Source of the DNA: Lytechinus pictus
Lineage: Eukaryota
DNA length: 64,000 nt
Direction: 5' to 3'
Assembly (NCBI RefSeq): GCF_037042905.1
Contig: NC_087247.1
Coordinates: forward strand, 37,076,001-37,140,000
Shown here: one piece after another, positions 1-8,956 of the stretch
Layout of the letters: the number at the start of each line of letters is the position of its first letter
How positions within the stretch are numbered: position 1 is the first letter of the stretch
The notes under the pieces: model-generated
Database searches by the model: none
Told to the model about the DNA's origin: nothing
The model's input: only the letters and a program-made list of their open reading frames with translations
Position numbers and translations under genes: made by a program

Positions 1-38
1 GCCAAGAAAGAAAGATGTCTTGCCCTGAAGCAGATCAG

Positions 39-309
39 GGCCCCGTTGTACAAAGAGTTACGATTGATCCGATCAATCGTAACTCTATGGAAATCCATCA
101 GTGTCATAATTTTTTCTAGAGGAAATTTGCAAAATGTCCTTTGTAATCAAAGGAGAACACCCCAAATTGTCAAGAAATCAATGAATTTATGGATATGCAT
201 TCATATCTAGAATATTTTTTGAACAAACATGCATTTCATATGTTGACTTTGCTGGCTTTCCATAGTTGCGACTGATCGGATCAATCGTTACTCTTTGTAC
301 AACGGGGCC
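39..309. mobile_element. PIF/Harbinger-like MITE, 271 bp
   Basis: ~40-bp terminal inverted repeats GGCCCCGTTGTACAAAGAGT.ACGATTGATCCGATCA; 3-bp CAG target duplication at 36-38 and 310-312. Confidence 0.88.
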
Positions 310-429
310 CAGAAACCTTCAAATCAACATATATATTTCAATTTTAATAGTTTATTAAATCACACAGTAGGTGCAGTATGCACTATTTTTTAACCCTTAT
401 AAGTAATGACAATGATGAACATGACTTAC

Positions 430-594
430 AGCACTCCATTCTAGAGCTGACCATTCTGGGCATGCATTGAAGTTACAATCTTCTATAACATGAAGTAATG
501 ATGAATCACAATATCTATCATCAGCGATGTACCCTTCACCATAGCGACATGATGCACCCCTGGACCTTGTCCCTGTGTTACAAGATCTAGAACA
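430..594 (-). CDS. ADAMTS9: ADAMTS9/20-like exon, 165 nt: CSRSCNTGTRSRGASCRYGEGYIADDRYCDSSLLHVIEDCNFNACPEWSALEWSA, TSR4
   Basis: tgacag|TGT...GCT|gtaagt; phase 0-0; translated by hand. Confidence 0.93.
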
Positions 595-757
595 CTGTCA
601 AAGAAAAACAAATTTGATATTGAGAAACCAGTTGACAGGTATGCATCACATATATATCTGGAATCCTAGCTCCCACCTTAAAAGATAACTACAATTTTTT
701 TAATGTTCATTCTGTTAAAATGTTATCCAGCCATTCTTCATCATCATCATCGTTGTA

Positions 758-789
758 CGGAAGAAGTAGGTAGTCCTGTAGTGCTTCCG
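758..789 (-). other. LINE 3' UTR stem-loop, likely RT recognition signal
   Basis: CGGAAG (758-763) and CTTCCG (784-789) arms enclose an ACAGG-containing loop, 7 nt from the (ATG)n tail. Confidence 0.6.
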
Positions 790-854
790 ATCATTCCTTC
801 GAAGTTTCTTAAACTGGACTTTAAAACAACTAAACGTGTGTGGAGGGCGGATAT

Positions 855-2543
855 TTATGGGAGAATTTGGTGCATGGAGGACCAGTGTTTGTCCAGTCTA
901 GTTTTGAAAATGTTTAAAGTGGATGCCGAGATTACAGAAGAAGGAAGACTGTTCCAGGAGTCAATCACTCTCTGACTAAAGCTGTTTTTCCTTAGCGATG
1001 AGTTGCTTCTATATTTGTACAGCTTCATGTGATGACCTCGAGTGATACTTTGGCCTATGGGTGTGAAGAAGAGATCTGGATCAAAGTCTACCAGTCCATT
1101 CATAATTCTATAAACTTCAATCATATCACCTCTGATTCTTCTGTAATGTAGAGAGAACATGTTGAGTTCCTTCAGTCTTGTTTCATAAGTTAGATGCTTC
1201 AGTTCAGGCACTAGCTTGGTGGCTCTTCTCTGGATCTTCTCTATCTTGATGGCATCCAATTTGAATCTTGGATACCATATAACATTGCAGTATTCAAGTA
1301 GAGGACGAACTAGTGACTTAAACAGGACAGGTAACGTTTCTCTAGATAGGTATGTAAATGTTCTCTTTATGAGTCCCAGCATCTGGTTAGCTCGATTTAC
1401 TGCTTGAGCTACATGTGCATGATAGTTAAGTTCATTATCAACAAGTACTCCTAGGTCTCTCTCAGCCTTGGTCTCTTCAAGTATCTGGTCGTCGATGTAG
1501 TATGTAGAGTTATTGTTGTTGCGACCCATGTGCATAACTTTACATTTGGACAGATTGAAGTTAAGGAGCCAGGAGTTTGCCCATTTTGTGGCTTCATACA
1601 GATCTTTTTGTAGTGATAGATGTTGGCTATTTGAAAATACCTCTCCATAAATCTTGGTATCGTCAGCATAGATCTGAATATCATTGAAAACTCTGTACGG
1701 AAGATCATTGACATAGAGGATGAAAAGCTGGGGCCCGAGGATGCTACCTTGCGCTACTCCACTGACTACCTGAGACCAGTCAGAATACTCTCCTCTTAGG
1801 GCGACTCTCTGGATTCTTCCTACAAGAAAGGCCTCAATCCATTTCAAGACATGACCATCTATTCCGTATGCTTTCAATTTCATGAGTAAGCGTTGATGAG
1901 GGACTGTGTCAAAAGCTTTTCTAACATCAAGGTACAGTATATCAATCGGTCTTCCATGGTCAAGGAGATCAGTCCATTTTTCCATTTGAACCATTAGTTG
2001 AGTGCAACAGGATCTGCCTGGAGTAAAACCATGCTGAGCATTGTGAAGGAGACTGTTATCCTTGACATGATCCATTATCTCCTCTTTTACAAGAGATTCC
2101 ATTACCTTGCAGACCATAGAAGTTAGACTTATAGGTCTATAGTTTGTTGCTTTTTGTCTACTGCCCTTTTTGTGAATAGGCACGATGTTGGCTTTCTTCC
2201 AGTCTAATGGCAAATACCCTTCTCCCATGGACAAGTTGAATATGGATGTAAGAGGGTAACTGATCTCTCTAGCCAACTCTTTCAATACTCGAGGATGAAT
2301 ACCATCAGGTCCAGCCGACTTATTTGGATTGAGAGAAAGAAGTTGTTTTTCCACTTTCTCTTGTGTGAAGTTGATGGAACCCAAAGTAGATCCCTCATGA
2401 CTCCACTCTGGTGTCATAACATTCGAGTCATCTTCTTTCGTAAAGACCTTTGAAAAAGCTTCATTAAGTGCCGACACAATATCCTCACTTTTGTATAATT
2501 TCTCTCCATTATCTAACACAAGGGATCCAATTCCTTTGTTCAG
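855..2543 (-). CDS. LINE ORF2, C-terminal part: reverse transcriptase, in a shifted frame
   Basis: KSAGPDGI, NYRPISLTS, QHGF, KAFDTVPH, QGSILGP and YADD motifs; frame reads ...LNKGIGSLVLDNGE upstream of the ORF-track start. Confidence 0.94.
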   Translation of the reverse strand: MNKGIGSLVLDNGEKLYKSEDIVSALNEAFSKVFTKEDDSNVMTPEWSHEGSTLGSINFTQEKVEKQLLSLNPNKSAGPDGIHPRVLKELAREISYPLTSIFNLSMGEGYLPLDWKKANIVPIHKKGSRQKATNYRPISLTSMVCKVMESLVKEEIMDHVKDNSLLHNAQHGFTPGRSCCTQLMVQMEKWTDLLDHGRPIDILYLDVRKAFDTVPHQRLLMKLKAYGIDGHVLKWIEAFLVGRIQRVALRGEYSDWSQVVSGVAQGSILGPQLFILYVNDLPYRVFNDIQIYADDTKIYGEVFSNSQHLSLQKDLYEATKWANSWLLNFNLSKCKVMHMGRNNNNSTYYIDDQILEETKAERDLGVLVDNELNYHAHVAQAVNRANQMLGLIKRTFTYLSRETLPVLFKSLVRPLLEYCNVIWYPRFKLDAIKIEKIQRRATKLVPELKHLTYETRLKELNMFSLHYRRIRGDMIEVYRIMNGLVDFDPDLFFTPIGQSITRGHHMKLYKYRSNSSLRKNSFSQRVIDSWNSLPSSVISASTLNIFKTRLDKHWSSMHQILP

Positions 2544-3739
2544 TTGACTTTAGAGTTTACATATCGCCAGAAGTCTTTCGGATTACTTTTTGCGTTCTTT
2601 GCTAAGTCTTTTTCAAAGGTAATCCTGAGAGTACGTGTCAATTTCCGTAACGAGTTACTGATTTCTCTATAATATCTGAAATCCTCATGACTCAGCGTGC
2701 TTTTGTAACGTTTCCATGCTCTATTTTTCCTTTTGCTTAATGCATTTGATCTTTTAGTTGTATAAACTTTTCGCTTCCTTTTGTTGGTCATGCGGGATTT
2801 AGGTATACATTCCTCTATGTGTCTATGAATAGTATCTGAAAAGACATTCCATGAATCTTTGCAGTCCAAATCTACGAGGAGATCATCCCAGTCAATCTTG
2901 GACATATTAGCTCTCATTTGATCATAGTTCCCTTTGTTGAAAAGCAAAGACTTGGAGGATAGTAGCTTTCTATCACCAATGTCAATATCCACATTGAAGT
3001 GTAAGGTGCAATGATCACTTTTTCCGAGGGGAGGTCCGCACACAATATCAGATATTGTTTCAGCTTTGTTTGAAATAACCAGGTCCAGGGTGTTACTGTG
3101 TTGGGCAACCCTATATCTCGTTGGCGAGTCAACTAATTGTGTAAAAAACAAATCCTGCAAACATTCAGCAAATTTAGAGGCTGCTGGGTTACATTGGTTT
3201 CTAGTCGAACTCGTTTGCCAGTTAATTTCAGGATAGTTAAAATCTCCAGCTATAACTAGAATATTACATGAATTTAGCGCCGAGATCATAGATTCCAATT
3301 TTTCAAACACGCTGATTAGTTTATCATTGTTCTCTTGGAAACTGGACGGGCTCCTGTACACGCAAATGAAATATATACTGGATTGCTCACCAAAGTCGAT
3401 ACGGCATCCAACAATCTCTTTGAAGTTTGTATCAAAATCCATCTCTGTTACATTTAATGACTGTTTCGAATAGACTGCAATCCCTCTGATATTATCAATA
3501 TGAAGGTTTGTATACACATTGTAGTTTTTAATGGCTATTGAAGGTTCTAGTAATTCAAATCTGCTATACTTAGGTTTAATTTCAGTTAACATTATAATGT
3601 CAGGATCTGTTCGCTCAATTTCTAACTGGAGATCTTCTAGTTTATTGCTCAGTGAATCGCAGTTACTGTACAAAACTTTCAAGTAATTAGCTTTTAGGAC
3701 TTCTGGTTTTCCTGATAATACCATGTTTACATTTTGCAC
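2540..3739 (-). CDS. LINE ORF2, N-terminal part: apurinic-like (APE) endonuclease and linker; ends at a frameshift
   Basis: YSNCDSL, LTEI, VYRSP, GDFN, LDLV and SDH motifs; first ATG at 3724. Confidence 0.92.
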   Translation of the reverse strand: MQNVNMVLSGKPEVLKANYLKVLYSNCDSLSNKLEDLQLEIERTDPDIIMLTEIKPKYSRFELLEPSIAIKNYNVYTNLHIDNIRGIAVYSKQSLNVTEMDFDTNFKEIVGCRIDFGEQSSIYFICVYRSPSSFQENNDKLISVFEKLESMISALNSCNILVIAGDFNYPEINWQTSSTRNQCNPAASKFAECLQDLFFTQLVDSPTRYRVAQHSNTLDLVISNKAETISDIVCGPPLGKSDHCTLHFNVDIDIGDRKLLSSKSLLFNKGNYDQMRANMSKIDWDDLLVDLDCKDSWNVFSDTIHRHIEECIPKSRMTNKRKRKVYTTKRSNALSKRKNRAWKRYKSTLSHEDFRYYREISNSLRKLTRTLRITFEKDLAKNAKSNPKDFWRYVNSKVN

Positions 3740-3745
3740 TGGTAG

Positions 3746-5182
3746 TCACGCATGCAGCTGTTGTTGATCGTCAGGGATGTCCAAAGGGCTTCCTCCGACA
3801 GCACCAGCAGCAACACTGTCAGCATCTACATGTAGCGTCTTGTTGAGTTGCGGAGACTGACCTTGTTTATGGGATCTATCCCGGTAACTATCATCTCTAC
3901 TAGTGGAAGTTGTGGTGCTTGCCATCGTCTCTTCTGATTGGGTTTTCGCCTCATCAGGTCTAGAATTTTTACTTCCCTTGAGGAGGTCAGAGAGACTGAT
4001 TTCCATTACTGATTGTCTGCGAACTGCTCTGTCCCTAAGCTTAACAATCTCTCCATGACGTATACCTATGTTCTCTTCACCATTGGCTCTCCTCAGTCTG
4101 AGTTCGGTGTAGAGTTCTTTTCGTTGTTTGCGTTGATTCGGTGTCAGATCAGGAGCAATGTAGGTTGTGGCCCACATATCCTTATTTCTGAGATTTTTAG
4201 CAGATCTCAGCAGAGTATTTTTGGTTGAGGAGTCCTGTAGTTCAATCAAGGTTACTCTCGGCTTAGAGAACCTGTTTTGGCCAATACCACCAAGTCTTGT
4301 AACTTTGTTTACTTCTACTCCTTCGATACCCATCCCATCTAGGATCAGTTCATCAACAATCTTTTTGTCATAGTCCTGTCTGCCTTTTGGAGAACGTGCT
4401 GTTGATTCAGGAAGGTTAAATACCACTAGATTGTTCTTTCTTCTTTCTCTTTCTATCATCTCCTCTACTGCTGCTATTCCAGCATTAGTGTTGTTTAGGG
4501 ACATGCTTTGTTTCCCTTTGCTGGGAGCTTGAAGGGGACCAGTGTTGTCGGCATAGTCTTGCATATCACCAACAACAGAGCTCTTTGCTACATCAGCGTA
4601 GTTTCTGTAACCCTTCCCACTATCTACATGGGAATTTACCACAGCAGGTTTAGCAGATCCTCTTAGTTCTTGCAGTACTTCATTCATCTTTTCTGTGATT
4701 TTTGTTTCTAATTTGTTAGCCAGCATATTGAAATCATGTACCTGTTCTAGCTCTCTATCTTTTTTCATGGCTGCTGCAGTCTTAGTTACCGATTGTTTAG
4801 CAGCAGAAATAGCTGTTGACTCACAATTACGGCAAAACCAGTGCATCTTGTTTTCTTCCACTTCAAAGATTTTGTACACCTCAGTAGTAATGCTATGGCA
4901 TTCTAGACATGACCACTGTTCACATGCTTCACATTCAATCATGCAAGAAACATTTGACTTGTTGCAATAATGGCAGACAAATTTCTCAGAGTCAGACTTA
5001 CCGGCACCAGCACCACTACTAGTCTTGTTTTTCAGTTTCTTACTCGGTGCTTGTGTGTTCTTACCTGTGGTACCAGTACTACTAGTACTACTAGGCTTTC
5101 TCTTTTGTTGTTTCTTAGAATATGATTCCTGGATACTGACAACATGCTCTTCCTCTTGCAGAATTGTATATGTAGTTTTAAA
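3746..5182 (-). CDS. LINE ORF1 protein (PHD finger, coiled coil, RRM-like domain). The frame is open from 5182; the first in-frame ATG is at 4942.
   Basis: CHYC..CEAC..C..C..WFCRNC PHD-like pattern (the usual His ligand is not obvious); ERERRKNNLVVFNLPE, RLG and YIAPDLT motifs typical of CR1 ORF1. Confidence 0.88.
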   Translation of the reverse strand, partial: FKTTYTILQEEEHVVSIQESYSKKQQKRKPSSTSSTGTTGKNTQAPSKKLKNKTSSGAGAGKSDSEKFVCHYCNKSNVSCMIECEACEQWSCLECHSITTEVYKIFEVEENKMHWFCRNCESTAISAAKQSVTKTAAAMKKDRELEQVHDFNMLANKLETKITEKMNEVLQELRGSAKPAVVNSHVDSGKGYRNYADVAKSSVVGDMQDYADNTGPLQAPSKGKQSMSLNNTNAGIAAVEEMIERERRKNNLVVFNLPESTARSPKGRQDYDKKIVDELILDGMGIEGVEVNKVTRLGGIGQNRFSKPRVTLIELQDSSTKNTLLRSAKNLRNKDMWATTYIAPDLTPNQRKQRKELYTELRLRRANGEENIGIRHGEIVKLRDRAVRRQSVMEISLSDLLKGSKNSRPDEAKTQSEETMASTTTSTSRDDSYRDRSHKQGQSPQLNKTLHVDADSVAAGAVGGSPLDIPDDQQQLHA

Positions 5183-5335
5183 TCACTCAAAGGCTGAACT
5201 GCCTCAAATATTCTGGCCAAAGAATCCAAAAGTTAATATTCAGATAAAGTAAATTCTTATCCTAAATCTCTCAAAATAAAAAAGAACTATTACAAACACA
5301 GAATGAATACATGAAGTCCAAATTTCATAGTTTAC

Positions 5336-5543
5336 CTGAGACCAAAGTGAATATTCCCATCTATAATGACTGGTCCTGCATGAATCCTGGCAATCAATGG
5401 TCTCAGGAGGGCGCTCTTCAGCATTACAGTATTCATCAGATACCTGTGAATATTCCTCTCCTTTTCTCTTCCTTTTGAGGCATTTGATCAGTCTAGTTTT
5501 CTTACACTGTTCATTGCATTCAGATTCTCTCATCACGTGCCAT
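5336..5543 (-). CDS. ADAMTS9: ADAMTS9/20-like exon, 208 nt: WHVMRESECNEQCKKTRLIKCLKRKRKGEEYSQVSDEYCNAEERPPETIDCQDSCRTSHYRWEYSLWSQ, TSR3
   Basis: caatag|A...CAG|gtaaac; core of ORF-track entry 5240..5578. Confidence 0.92.
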
Positions 5544-6152
5544 CTATTGAGGGTTGAAAATGAAATATCCTCAATCATATTAACTACATATGTTATTAAT
5601 TAATTGTCGATGTTGATATACCTTTAGAATGAATTACTCCCAATATCCGAAAGGATACATAAATAAATGAAATAATAAAGTAAGATTTGAAGAAATACTG
5701 GACAAGCAACCATTGGAATTTAGGACATCTTGTCTGAATTTACATTTTGTTCACCTTAATTCTATGTTATTTTGATGGTAATTTTATCAAAAGCAGAATG
5801 TTTGAAAAAGAACACGCACAAAAATCAGCCTCTTCATTGTTCAAAGTCCATACCAGTGTTGTGACCAATAGTAGGCCTATTTATTCTTCTTCCCATTATT
5901 GTACTCTCAAATCCATTACTTGTGCATATACATTTGATCATTCAAGCTTTATAGATAGAACGCAGAACATAGAACACAGAACATACACATTCATACAGCA
6001 ATTAAAGTGCTCTGCATTTTATGACCCAATGGTCAAAGCCAACGGTCAATGGCAATACATTTTTCTTGACTGATGGGAGTGTATAAATGCTTGAATTGCT
6101 TGGTATTAATCATCCAGGTGGCTAATGCCATTCAATCATGATCAAGAGACTT

Positions 6153-6282
6153 GGGTCCTGTAACACAAAGGTTAGCAATTAATCATACACTCAATTTCAT
6201 GATCGATTGTACATTGTAGTAAATGGAAACAATCGTGGAAAAATGTTCTATGATCATTGCTAAGCTTTGTGTTACGGGCCCC
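6153..6282. mobile_element. Short Harbinger-like MITE
   Basis: Imperfect TIRs GGGTCCTGTAACACAAAGGTTAGCAAT / ATTGCTAAGCTTTGTGTTACGGGCCCC; a more decayed relative lies at ~27627-27785. Confidence 0.75.
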
Positions 6283-6420
6283 AGGAATCTGTTTTTAAAA
6301 TCTGTTATAATATTAGACAGCTTTGCAATAACTGAAATCATTTGATTTGATTGGCTGATAGTAATTTTGTTGAGAACTTGTGCATTTATTATTGAAGCAA
6401 TTTTCTGTGAAACTGGACCA

Positions 6421-6525
6421 AGGGGAGTGTTTCATTAATCAAACAGTCAGGTCTGAGCTAATCAGATGCAAGGATTTGTAGTACCTAATAAAAATAGTCG
6501 GTGATTTACATAAAACACTTTCCTG
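6421..6525. mobile_element. Decayed short MITE
   Basis: AGGGGAGTGTTTCAT / ATAAAACACTTTCCT ends; internal AATCAGATGCAAGGATTT shared with a decayed copy at ~56670-56791. Confidence 0.55.
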
Positions 6526-6661
6526 GAAATTACAATTGATGCCTTTCCAAACACCAAGCCCACAGCAATACAACTGAGGTATTGTGCTATTTGATTAAAG
6601 ATTTACATCGTGATTTATCTAACATCAGTAGACTCTGTATAATATTGGACACATTTCTTAC

Positions 6662-6788
6662 CTAACTATACATCTTGTATTGCATTCTTCTTCAATAGGG
6701 TTAGTTGGCCTTGGTCCGTCACACATAGAGTCGTCTACTAATCTGTTATCATTGGCATCCATGCAGCGTATAGCTCTACGCTTCATAC
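6662..6788 (-). CDS. ADAMTS9: ADAMTS9/20-like exon, 127 nt: MKRRAIRCMDANDNRLVDDSMCDGPRPTNPIEEECNTRCIVR, TSR2
   Basis: ttgcag|GT...GTTAG|gtaaga; translated by hand. Confidence 0.92.
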
Positions 6789-6934
6789 CTGCAAATGATT
6801 AAGATTAAAACAGTGGTGAGAAGATGAATATGAAGTGTCAATTCTTACCAGAACATATTAGAATTGAATCCTTGATCCAACCATATTTTATTCAGATGAT
6901 AATTTTTTTTCCACTGACATCTAGTCCCAGTGAA

Positions 6935-7140
6935 ATGATCATGGAGCAATGACTCTGGTTCTTGCTTTTCAATCAGTAGTTCAACTGTTCAAATGACACT
7001 GCAGCACTAGCATCATTTTCAACCTCCACCCAGGTGTGAAATGGGTACCTGCTAGGTCTGAGGTCATTGTATTTGCCCAGCACTGTCAGCATCTCACACA
7101 ACAACTGCATGGCTGTAATACTCCCAAGGAATGGAAGATA
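6935..7140 (+). mobile_element. Decayed tRNA-derived SINE
   Basis: CTCCACCCAGGTGTGAAATGGGTACCTG resembles a conserved central SINE domain as I recall it; the tRNA-like head is degenerate and boundaries are approximate. Confidence 0.5.
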
Positions 7141-7979
7141 TGTAGGGCAAAACTGATCAAATTTTCTCAATTATATTTTTCCATACTTCTGTATTCAAGA
7201 TAACATTTATTTTGTCATAATCTGTACAATACAATTCCCTAAAAAGATTCATCTTATTGGTCTGATGGTTTCAATCAGGGACTAGCACAGGTTTAGTAAA
7301 ATGTAATTTGCCTAAACCTAAGTTAGTACATGGTCAAAACCATGCTAAAAAGCAACAATCTATGGTCTTTTTTTACCAAACATAAACATTCTTGACCAGG
7401 GATCACTGGATCATTCAAAGTGCTTATGCTATAAAAATCTTACCTATGCCACAGAAATTTGATTGGTCACTGGTCTAAACTTAAACCACTATAAGCCAGT
7501 TCACGGTTAGCTCATGATCAACTTTTCTCTAATGACCTATGTGATTTTTCATTAGGATAAGCACTATCATTTTCAAATGTAGATGTTGCGTAAGCTTTAC
7601 CGGTAGAGTATTCAAATTCTAAGAACAAAAGGCATTGTATAGACCAGGTGACTAGAATAGTACATCAGGGATAAAGTTTGGAAATCTGTTTTATTGTCTG
7701 CCTTTGGCACATTTGACTATTGTTTAGGCTACTGTCAAATACCAGTGATTATGAAGGCTCCATTTATTACTCTTCAGCTTGGACGTGATAAAATGAATAT
7801 TTTGAAAGGAATACATGGATAATCATCAAATCACAAATGCCTATGTCAGTGAATTTGAAAGCCACCTTCATGGTTTATCTCAAATGACCTTTTTCTGCTC
7901 GTGCGCAGTTTACAACCGTGATCAGGCTTATTGTTAATGCCACTCTATGCCCCTAGATTCATCCTGTACACATACATAC

Positions 7980-8106
7980 CATAGCAATCTCGATCACATT
8001 CTGTCCATGGTCCTGATCGGTCCCATACATAGATCGGGAAGTTGACACGTGGTACATTGAAGGAGTATGACACGTTCGGTGGATGTAGATCACCAACAGA
8101 TAAAAT
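7980..8106 (-). CDS. ADAMTS9: ADAMTS9/20-like exon, 127 nt: ILSVGDLHPPNVSYSFNVPRVNFPIYVWDRSGPWTECDRDCYG
   Basis: acctag|ATT...TATG|gtatgt; end of spacer and start of TSR2; translated by hand. Confidence 0.93.
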
Positions 8107-8789
8107 CTAGGTGAAAAAGATATTAAAAATAAGTCAATTATTGATTCAGGCTTGACTTGAGTGCCTGTATGCAAAAGCAATTAACTGCAGTAGAAAATCT
8201 TTCAAAATAAAATCATAAAACCATTGTAATGCTAGGACTTTGTACAATAACTCGTGAAGTACCAACCAAATTCAATAATTCATCACCAAAACAGTATAAA
8301 TCTGATGTATATATGAATGTTGGATGTAAAGCTCCACATATTATTCATACAATTGTTAATATTATTCTGGGGGTATCACAATGACAACTGAATTGTTTCT
8401 TTCCTCACTTCAGTCTTGATACTGATTGTTATTATATACATTGCACCAAATACCAGTAGCTATTGTGCAGGATGAAAGAGGCCCTTCAAGGTTCAAAGGC
8501 AGTCTAACAGTGTGTGGACAAAATCAATCAAAATTATCCTTTCCTGATACCACAAACATGTTATATTAAATAAAAATTGTTCTTTATTACATCATGAGGC
8601 ATATTGAATTGCACTATGGGTTTGTCAGTGCAACTGATTTGCACTAAATTGTTTTAATTTGCACTAAAATTGATTAGTTCAGTTTTTGTCACTTGCTTCG
8701 GCAACATATCTTCAATGCTCATAGACCAGTTGCACTATGTCTAAACAAGCCTCAAGGGTTGAATTCAGACTGGTTACCAATATACTCAC

Positions 8790-8956
8790 ATATAAATTAA
8801 TGGCTCTCTGTAGTTTATCGTCGCTAATGATGGTTTCTACCGCGCTGTTTGAACCACTATATTGCAGTACAGTTTTGTTTATATGGATTTCTCTGGCATA
8901 CATGCTGACAATAAATTTACCATTGAGAATGAACTCATCCTGGTCATTAGATAAAG
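8790..8956 (-). CDS. ADAMTS9: ADAMTS9/20-like exon, 167 nt: ALSNDQDEFILNGKFIVSMYAREIHINKTVLQYSGSNSAVETIISDDKLQRAINLY, spacer domain
   Basis: ttacag|CT...TAT|gtgagt. Confidence 0.95.

Larger units (their letters stand above)
739..5182 (-). mobile_element. CR1-clade non-LTR retrotransposon (LINE), near full length, sense-oriented in an ADAMTS intron; 5' boundary approximate
   Basis: PHD-type ORF1, APE endonuclease, reverse transcriptase with CR1-type C-terminus (TRGHHMKL...RKNSFSQRVIDSWNSLP), ~115-nt 3' UTR with hairpin, (ATG)4 tail at 739-750. Confidence 0.93.

Noticed and set aside
703-1407. Plus-strand ORFs overlapping the LINE (also 4013-4373, 4695-5252)
   Set aside because: Antisense shadows of real coding sequence with no independent motifs.
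2540-2552. Programmed -1 frameshift between APE and RT
   Set aside because: No X XXY YYZ slippery site, only ~7 nt of frame overlap, and CR1 ORF2 is normally continuous.
5210-5258. ATTCT(T) as the LINE target-site duplication
   Set aside because: A 5-6 nt AT-rich match at two alternative positions is expected by chance; not accepted without the empty allele.
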